In this document: piece after piece, positions 58,200-64,000 of the stretch
Position numbering within the stretch: the stretch's first letter is position 1
Layout of the letters: each line of letters opens with the position of its first letter
IMG/VR virus record: IMGVR_UViG_3300029288_000092
Location: 32,001-96,000 of that record
Length of the DNA stretch: 64,000 nt
Strand: one strand, 5' to 3'
Source: a virus
Lineage: Duplodnaviria; Caudoviricetes
Made by a program: the position numbers and the translations under genes
The notes under the pieces: generated by a model
Database searches by the model: none
What the model was told of the DNA's origin: nothing
What the model saw: only the letters and a program-made list of their open reading frames with translations

Positions 58200-58759
58200 T
58201 ATTTATTATCTCCATTATAGTCCCATCCAATATGAGTTGACCCTTTTACTATTAAATATTTATTGACAACTTCCAATGCTTCTTCTCTCAGTGTATAATT
58301 TTCCATAAACCACTTATAATCTCCGATAACATAATCAACAGGTATCTTCAGATATCCGTTGTGAAATTTTTCATGTAAAGTGACCACCATTGGAATTATT
58401 CCTATTTTCATATTAAAATGAAGAAGCATAATATCAATTGCAATATCAAATGATGAAAATGGTTTTTCTTCTGATAAATATTTGTCTATAACGGCTTCCG
58501 TTATGTTCTGTAAGCTTATTGGGTGATGATGAAATTCAATTGTACATTCATCAATTATTTCATTTGTGAAAAGACATTTTATTAAACCTCTATCTTGAAT
58601 TAAAAACTTTTTCCATTCTTTATATTCAGCACTATGACGTACCATAGATTTTACAGAGTTTATAAATCTCTTTTCTGATTTATCATCATAAAATATGTTT
58701 CTTTGAAAAGGCAGTCCCCCCATTGGGGTTGTGCCCTTACAAACAATATTTGGATCCAT
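58199..58759 (-). CDS. Hypothetical protein, HNH-like motif
   Basis: CLFT...IEFHHHP...LHEKFHNG. Confidence 0.45.
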   Translation of the reverse strand: MDPNIVCKGTTPMGGLPFQRNIFYDDKSEKRFINSVKSMVRHSAEYKEWKKFLIQDRGLIKCLFTNEIIDECTIEFHHHPISLQNITEAVIDKYLSEEKPFSSFDIAIDIMLLHFNMKIGIIPMVVTLHEKFHNGYLKIPVDYVIGDYKWFMENYTLREEALEVVNKYLIVKGSTHIGWDYNGDNK

Positions 58760-59805
58760 TATTTGCTCACCAAACCCTTTGCTATAGATAATCCTTTAAC
58801 AAGACCAAGAGTTGGGACTTCGGACATTATTTTATCAAGCTGATCTTTTGTGAAAAATTGTGTTTTATCTGCTAGTGTATTAAACGCTTTCAACATACTC
58901 AAATTGACAAATCTAACATCAAAATCTAGGGATGAGACTGCACTTGTGATTCCACCGCTGATGTGCTCATATGTCATTCTTCTGGTTATAAAAATCAATC
59001 TAGATTTTTCTGGAATATAAAATATAAATCCAGCCCAACCAAGTTTTGTCAGATTAACAAGAGTGTCTCTATCAAAAACTTTATCCCTATATTCAGATGG
59101 CAACTGTGAAATATCAATCAGGCAATATGCAGTTCTCATGATATCCGGGAGAGTTTTTCCAAATGAACTTCTAGAAAATAATTCAGTCCCAATTGATTTA
59201 TCAAAAACTTGAGGATATCCTTTTAAAACCTGATTTATACTAATATTCATACCCTTTCTGATAAAGGATATGATATTTCTAGATAAATAATTTAAAATTC
59301 CAGGACCACTTATATTCACATCTCTTATGAGAGTGTCAGTAAAATCAAACTTCAATTTATTTGACAACGCTTGAATAGTCATTATGAAATTCTCTTTTAA
59401 AGATCCAACATTTATTTGTAACATAATTGGCTTTATTAGATTATCAACTGAGACAGCATCTACTTCAATTTTATTTTTACTTCCATCATCTTTCTCATGT
59501 TCTTTTCTGTTATCACCTTTGTACTTTCCATCTCCACCTTCACCTTTTCCGGCGGATGCTTTAGTAATTGAAAAAAAACCTTGATCAACTTCTATGGCAT
59601 TTGTATTAAATATTTTCTTACCTTTTTTAACAAATATACTTTTGAATTTATTTGCACCATATAACGCAGTTAAAAATTCAGTATATGTTGCCGAAAAACT
59701 AATTATATTTTGATCAATATCTTGCCAATATATAAATGGAAAAGTGAAAACAGACATTGCCTGTATAGTATCGGCATTCAACTCAACTTTTGATTCCATT
59801 AACAT
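58759..59805 (-). CDS. Hypothetical protein, possibly virion-associated
   Basis: ORF begins MLMES. Confidence 0.55.
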   Translation of the reverse strand: MLMESKVELNADTIQAMSVFTFPFIYWQDIDQNIISFSATYTEFLTALYGANKFKSIFVKKGKKIFNTNAIEVDQGFFSITKASAGKGEGGDGKYKGDNRKEHEKDDGSKNKIEVDAVSVDNLIKPIMLQINVGSLKENFIMTIQALSNKLKFDFTDTLIRDVNISGPGILNYLSRNIISFIRKGMNISINQVLKGYPQVFDKSIGTELFSRSSFGKTLPDIMRTAYCLIDISQLPSEYRDKVFDRDTLVNLTKLGWAGFIFYIPEKSRLIFITRRMTYEHISGGITSAVSSLDFDVRFVNLSMLKAFNTLADKTQFFTKDQLDKIMSEVPTLGLVKGLSIAKGLVSK

Positions 59806-59811
59806 ACCTTA

Positions 59812-60360
59812 TTACCTCCGGAAAATATTTATAGCATCTTTTTCAATTACAGTATCAAATGAATATATTTTACTATCCAAAATAGAAAATAAAATTATTC
59901 TCTGTTTTTCTAAATATATCTCAGAAATTATTAATCTGGTAAATACATCCTTTAAAATATTATAATCCACATCCTTTTGATTTAAAACCAAAAATATATG
60001 AAAAAATATATCATCTAATATTCCATAATCTTCAAAAGAAATATCTTTATAATTAAATTTTGTTTTATTTAATTTAAAATATTCTGCAACATAATTCTTA
60101 ATTATTTTTCTAATAGTATTTGAGTTTACATCAAATTCTTTTAATTCATATTCTAGACTAGAAAATATTTTAGATCTGGCATTTAATGTAACTATATCTT
60201 CCTTATTTTTTACAGGTAGTTGTTCAGTATCATTTATAATAATTTTTTCTATATTGTTGTTTATTATTTTATCTATTTTTTTATCATTTATAATCGGAAA
60301 ATCGTTATCTGTTCTTTTGCCATTCACATAATCTAAAATTCTAGTTATATTGTTTCCCAT
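59812..60360 (-). CDS. Hypothetical protein
   Basis: ORF with TAAATATG-type coupling to the upstream gene. Confidence 0.55.
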   Translation of the reverse strand: MGNNITRILDYVNGKRTDNDFPIINDKKIDKIINNNIEKIIINDTEQLPVKNKEDIVTLNARSKIFSSLEYELKEFDVNSNTIRKIIKNYVAEYFKLNKTKFNYKDISFEDYGILDDIFFHIFLVLNQKDVDYNILKDVFTRLIISEIYLEKQRIILFSILDSKIYSFDTVIEKDAINIFRR

Positions 60361-60827
60361 TATTTATTAATGTCGCTGTATTTTAGTGCACCATTCACAC
60401 AATCTTTGATGGTAGCACGAATAAATTTAATATGTAATTCTGATTTTTTATATCTATTTTTAACAGTGCTATTCTCTGTCAACTGTAAAATGTTAGGTAC
60501 AACTAACATGTTCAATAATGCACACTCTAACAATTTTTCTTTATAATTTTTATTATTATCTACATTTTCTAAAAATCCACTATATACTTGTTCTTTTGTT
60601 CTATATATTGCTTTATCTGGTTGAAAACATAACGGTTTATATCCTTCTTGTTTCCACCAATTCAAGAGTGAATGTACTATTTGCCTTTTACACAAATAAT
60701 AATCCACTCTATCGGATTTACTCATTGACTCTAAAAATTTTTTAACATCATTAGAAAAAATCCTATCTATATTTCTCCAGATCTGTTCTGTTATAATAGA
60801 TAGTTGTGTATTAGAAAACTTTTTCAT
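60360..60827 (-). CDS. Hypothetical protein (likely start MKKFSN)
   Basis: GGAGG RBS before the ATG at 60827. Confidence 0.55.
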   Translation of the reverse strand: MKKFSNTQLSIITEQIWRNIDRIFSNDVKKFLESMSKSDRVDYYLCKRQIVHSLLNWWKQEGYKPLCFQPDKAIYRTKEQVYSGFLENVDNNKNYKEKLLECALLNMLVVPNILQLTENSTVKNRYKKSELHIKFIRATIKDCVNGALKYSDINK

Positions 60828-60852
60828 CGCACAACCTCCAAGCGGCACGTTG

Positions 60853-60865
60853 TTTTATTTTGTTC
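60853..60865 (-). promoter_or_regulatory. Putative phage promoter motif GAACAAAATAAAA
   Basis: Intergenic, at the head of the baseplate operon. Confidence 0.55.
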
Positions 60866-60881
60866 GTTAAGTTTCAAAATT

Positions 60882-62024
60882 TCAGTTCAAATCAACAACA
60901 TCATTGCCACTATCAATATTTTCTTCCACTATATTCATATTTTTATTAACTTCTCCAGGAAGAGGTCTATATCTAGTTGATAACTCCGAAATAATATCTG
61001 ACACTTCTTTATCCCACATTTTTTTGAATTCAGCATCCTCAATATATTTTAAATACGCACCACGTGTTCCGTTCCAAGTGGCTTCTGGTTGATTAGTCAG
61101 TTTACTCCATCTTCCCGATGTCATTCTTTTTTCGGCTCTCAATAAATTATAATTTGTCCAAAAATTATCAAACCCACTATTATAATCGAGAATCATTTCA
61201 AATTCAATATTTGGAGCAAATAATCTGCTCTTAATACATTTTGCCCTAACAACAATTCCATTAAATCCATATTGCTTTTCTTCCAGTATAGCCGATTCTC
61301 TTAATTCAATTAACTGAGAAATATTATATTGAAGCGCATTCCCGCCCGGAAGCATTTTTTCTCCAGATAAATATCTAAGATCTGATGGCTGTTTAAATAA
61401 ACCCATTTGAATTTTATCTCTAAATTGATTTATTGCAATTAAACTGATATTATATTTTTCTAGTTTATCAAGATATTTTGGCAACAATGCAGATAATAGT
61501 CTGGCTCTCAAACCAATAGTGTCATTAATATTATCACTTTCGGAATCTTTTTCTGTCTTAGTATTTGCAATTGAGTCCCAGATTATTACAGTTTTGAAAT
61601 CATTAAATTTATCTTTATTTTCATCGAGGAATCTACACGTGGTATCAATTATCTTAAAAACCTGTTCTACTGTTTTAGCTTCTCTAACTTTTATTTTTGG
61701 ATTAACAACTCCCAATTGAGCTAATCTAAAAGTTGACATTGCATTTTCGGAATCCAGATATAATCCAAGAACCTTCCCTTCATATACCTTTTGAGCATTA
61801 CCGATTACATTTCCAGCTAGCGTTGTTTTCCCACACCCTGGTCTACCAGCAACACAACTTAAACCACCAACAACCATACCACCACCAAGAAATAAATCTA
61901 GTAGTTGAATCCCCGTTGGGATTGTTTGTTTTTGATCATTTGCGGTAACTAGATCATCAACCTCTTTTTCAATAAAATTATCATACATTTCTTGAACATT
62001 TTTTAACACGGACTTTTCACTCAT
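60882..62024 (-). CDS. uvsX: RecA/UvsX-like recombinase (likely start MSEKSV)
   Basis: IPTGI..LD..LGGG, GRPGCGKTT, YLDSE, IIWDSIA, INQFRDKI, PGGNAL. Confidence 0.92.
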   Translation of the reverse strand: MSEKSVLKNVQEMYDNFIEKEVDDLVTANDQKQTIPTGIQLLDLFLGGGMVVGGLSCVAGRPGCGKTTLAGNVIGNAQKVYEGKVLGLYLDSENAMSTFRLAQLGVVNPKIKVREAKTVEQVFKIIDTTCRFLDENKDKFNDFKTVIIWDSIANTKTEKDSESDNINDTIGLRARLLSALLPKYLDKLEKYNISLIAINQFRDKIQMGLFKQPSDLRYLSGEKMLPGGNALQYNISQLIELRESAILEEKQYGFNGIVVRAKCIKSRLFAPNIEFEMILDYNSGFDNFWTNYNLLRAEKRMTSGRWSKLTNQPEATWNGTRGAYLKYIEDAEFKKMWDKEVSDIISELSTRYRPLPGEVNKNMNIVEENIDSGNDVVDLN

Positions 62025-62436
62025 CTTTATTTTCCTCCTCTTGATTAGAAACAAAAGTATTATCATTTTTATTCTTTACAACTTTATTTATATCTTTTAT
62101 TGTAACACCAGTTTCAATAAGAAATTTATCAATAATAGACATTCTTTTGAACACATCATCATCTTCTTCTTTACTATCTAATTTTTCGACAATTGATATT
62201 TCATCCTTTACCAATTTACCAATCTCTTTTCTCATATCAAAAATTAATTTATAAAATTCAGTTATAGTTCTTAAAGTTCCTTCCAATAAATGTTTATTTC
62301 TTCTAAAATCATTGCTATCGGTTGGCATTAATGTTTTTATGCCTTCTATATGTTGTTCTAATTCTAAAATCATAGATTTAATTTTTTCTCTATTTTCTCT
62401 ATATTCAAATAATAAAGTATCGGTGTTAATACCCAT
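62017..62436 (-). CDS. Hypothetical coiled-coil protein
   Basis: ORF coupled to its neighbours. Confidence 0.55.
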   Translation of the reverse strand: MGINTDTLLFEYRENREKIKSMILELEQHIEGIKTLMPTDSNDFRRNKHLLEGTLRTITEFYKLIFDMRKEIGKLVKDEISIVEKLDSKEEDDDVFKRMSIIDKFLIETGVTIKDINKVVKNKNDNTFVSNQEEENKDE

Positions 62437-63542
62437 CACGCTTCCTCCCATATTAAAATATGATAAATATGATTTGCAAAAACTTTATTTATAGTTAATA
62501 CATTCCCTAATACAGAATATTTATCCTGTGACATTAAAGTTGCGTCATCAAAAACTTGCACCATTCTATTTGCTGTTATTTCCAATTTCAAATCAATTTC
62601 AACATTTTCTTCTTCTGTATCTGGTTCCAAAAACATAACATCTTTTCTGTTATATGTTTTTTTGTCACATATCATTTGACTACGATCAATTAAATATTCA
62701 TATTGCCTTGGATCATAAACATTATGACCTGTAACCCAAAACCTACACTGTGAAAAATCAAATTTATAATCTACTCTTGTCACAAGATGAACTGGCAAAT
62801 CCATTTCATATTCAAATGTGGTTTCCAATCTATAGTCTGGAATATTATTTGAATCTCCAAACTTATTTGCACTAGGTGATGGAGTTCCACTCATTCTTAT
62901 TAATGGGTTGAGTGTAATTGGATGTGCGTACACATCTTTAGCTATAACCCTGAAAAGTCTTTTTTCAAGCAAACTTGTATTCCATGCCAATTGCTGATCA
63001 ATATTTAAAACGTCATTAACATATCTATATTCGACAATTGGAGCAGGAATATGTAAATATGAGTGTATATAGTCCGGAGAAAAATATCTATCCTTTCCAC
63101 CAAAATATTGAATCAATTTTAATTTCATATCCAACATTTCATCCATGGAACTTAAAAACATATAAACTGTGTATGTCCCTTTATATCTATTATAGACCGG
63201 GGTTATTTTAACATACTCATCTTCATATATCGGATCATATAAATGCCCACCAAATCCACCACCAAAATTGCTATATCTCCATAAATAATTAGTTCTCTCA
63301 TCATTATCTAAATCCCCAGTTGGATCTAATGAAACACAGGGAAGAGGAATGCCTGTTATCTCTCTTCCCATATTTTCATAATATTTTGTAATTTGAAAAA
63401 TCGTATTATCTGCAGTTGTCATAATTCCAATTTTAAATCTTGGATAAAAAACATCTAAGAAAAAATCAAGCATTGATTGATGAAATGTTCCAAGAATATT
63501 GCTTATAAAATGTAGTTGATCTGCATACACTAATCTTGCCAT
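62436..63542 (-). CDS. Hypothetical structural-like protein (possibly neck/tail completion)
   Basis: LPCVSL motif and beta-rich composition; weak assignment. Confidence 0.35.
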   Translation of the reverse strand: MARLVYADQLHFISNILGTFHQSMLDFFLDVFYPRFKIGIMTTADNTIFQITKYYENMGREITGIPLPCVSLDPTGDLDNDERTNYLWRYSNFGGGFGGHLYDPIYEDEYVKITPVYNRYKGTYTVYMFLSSMDEMLDMKLKLIQYFGGKDRYFSPDYIHSYLHIPAPIVEYRYVNDVLNIDQQLAWNTSLLEKRLFRVIAKDVYAHPITLNPLIRMSGTPSPSANKFGDSNNIPDYRLETTFEYEMDLPVHLVTRVDYKFDFSQCRFWVTGHNVYDPRQYEYLIDRSQMICDKKTYNRKDVMFLEPDTEEENVEIDLKLEITANRMVQVFDDATLMSQDKYSVLGNVLTINKVFANHIYHILIWEEA

Positions 63543-63559
63543 TTTAAAATACCCGCCTA

Positions 63560-64000
63560 TTAAAGATTTGGAGTATCGCTGTTTGCGTCATTAATCCACT
63601 TAGTTAATCTGGAATCAAAAATACCCATTGCACATGTCCTAACATATTTTTGTTTTTTACTTCTGGAAATAAATTCATATGTCATTAGCAAATTATAGAG
63701 AGGATAATCAATTTTCATAGAACTGATTCCCCAAGTAAATAAATTTCCAACATAATTATGGACGGTAAAATCCTTAAATGTTAATCTAGATTTCGTAAAC
63801 ATATAAGATTCAGAATGTAAGTGATCCCAATCATCATCCTTAACATAACCAGTTGGAAAATTAAACATATCAACCGTTGGACTGTTTTTAGTCACCAATC
63901 TCAGATGTCTTCTCAGAAATTTCCTCTGGTGAATATACGGCCAAACATTGACGGCCATATTATGTTTGTCGTACAGCTCATCTTTATTGTCGCACAAGAT
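63560..64000 (-). CDS. Partial hypothetical protein (5' end outside the window)
   Basis: Frame is open to the window edge. Confidence 0.5.
   Translation of the reverse strand: MLCDNKDELYDKHNMAVNVWPYIHQRKFLRRHLRLVTKNSPTVDMFNFPTGYVKDDDWDHLHSESYMFTKSRLTFKDFTVHNYVGNLFTWGISSMKIDYPLYNLLMTYEFISRSKKQKYVRTCAMGIFDSRLTKWINDANSDTPNL

Noticed and set aside
158-62494. Numerous short ORFs antisense to or overlapping long genes (e.g. 44955..45527, 47452..47973, 53269..53709, 18845..19126, 19038..19328)
   Set aside because: Shadow frames of well-supported genes, with no RBS or motifs.
1-64000. Stop-codon reassignment or uracil-substituted genome
   Set aside because: Long genes are intact in code 11 and end in TAA, TGA or TAG; ThyX and UDG argue against dU-DNA.

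Overview
AT-rich (~30% GC by eye) 64 kb segment of a large lytic tailed-phage (jumbo myophage-like) genome, read in the standard code 11, mostly on the minus strand. It contains: (1) 1-18.8 kb, a long modular tail-fibre/adhesin/decoration cluster carrying a 5'-truncated IS200/IS605 TnpB remnant, followed by a RuvC resolvase; (2) 18.9-27.9 kb, accessory genes, including a plus-strand phiEco32-type COOH-NH2 ligase and class II glutamine amidotransferase separated by ~520 nt of highly structured non-coding sequence, plus ThyX, an Hc1-like protein and a metallophosphoesterase; (3) 27.9-39.4 kb, a multi-subunit RNA polymerase locus with an unsplit beta subunit and a beta' gene broken immediately after the catalytic NADFDGD motif by an atypical (Ser1...Gln-Asp/Thr+1) split intein, with a free-standing homing endonuclease between the halves; (4) 39.6-48 kb, a T4-like head module (major capsid protein, prohead protease, portal, acidic scaffold); (5) 48-64 kb, replication/repair genes (PolB, DnaB-like helicase, family-4 UDG fusion, LigD phosphoesterase, RecA) interleaved with baseplate genes (PAAR, gp5-like spike, gp53-like). 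The strongest candidates for new biology are the trans-spliced RNAP catalytic subunit, the large structured RNA in the amidoligase-GATase operon, and two recurrent phage promoter-like motifs. All calls come from recognising motifs by eye; no database searches were run.
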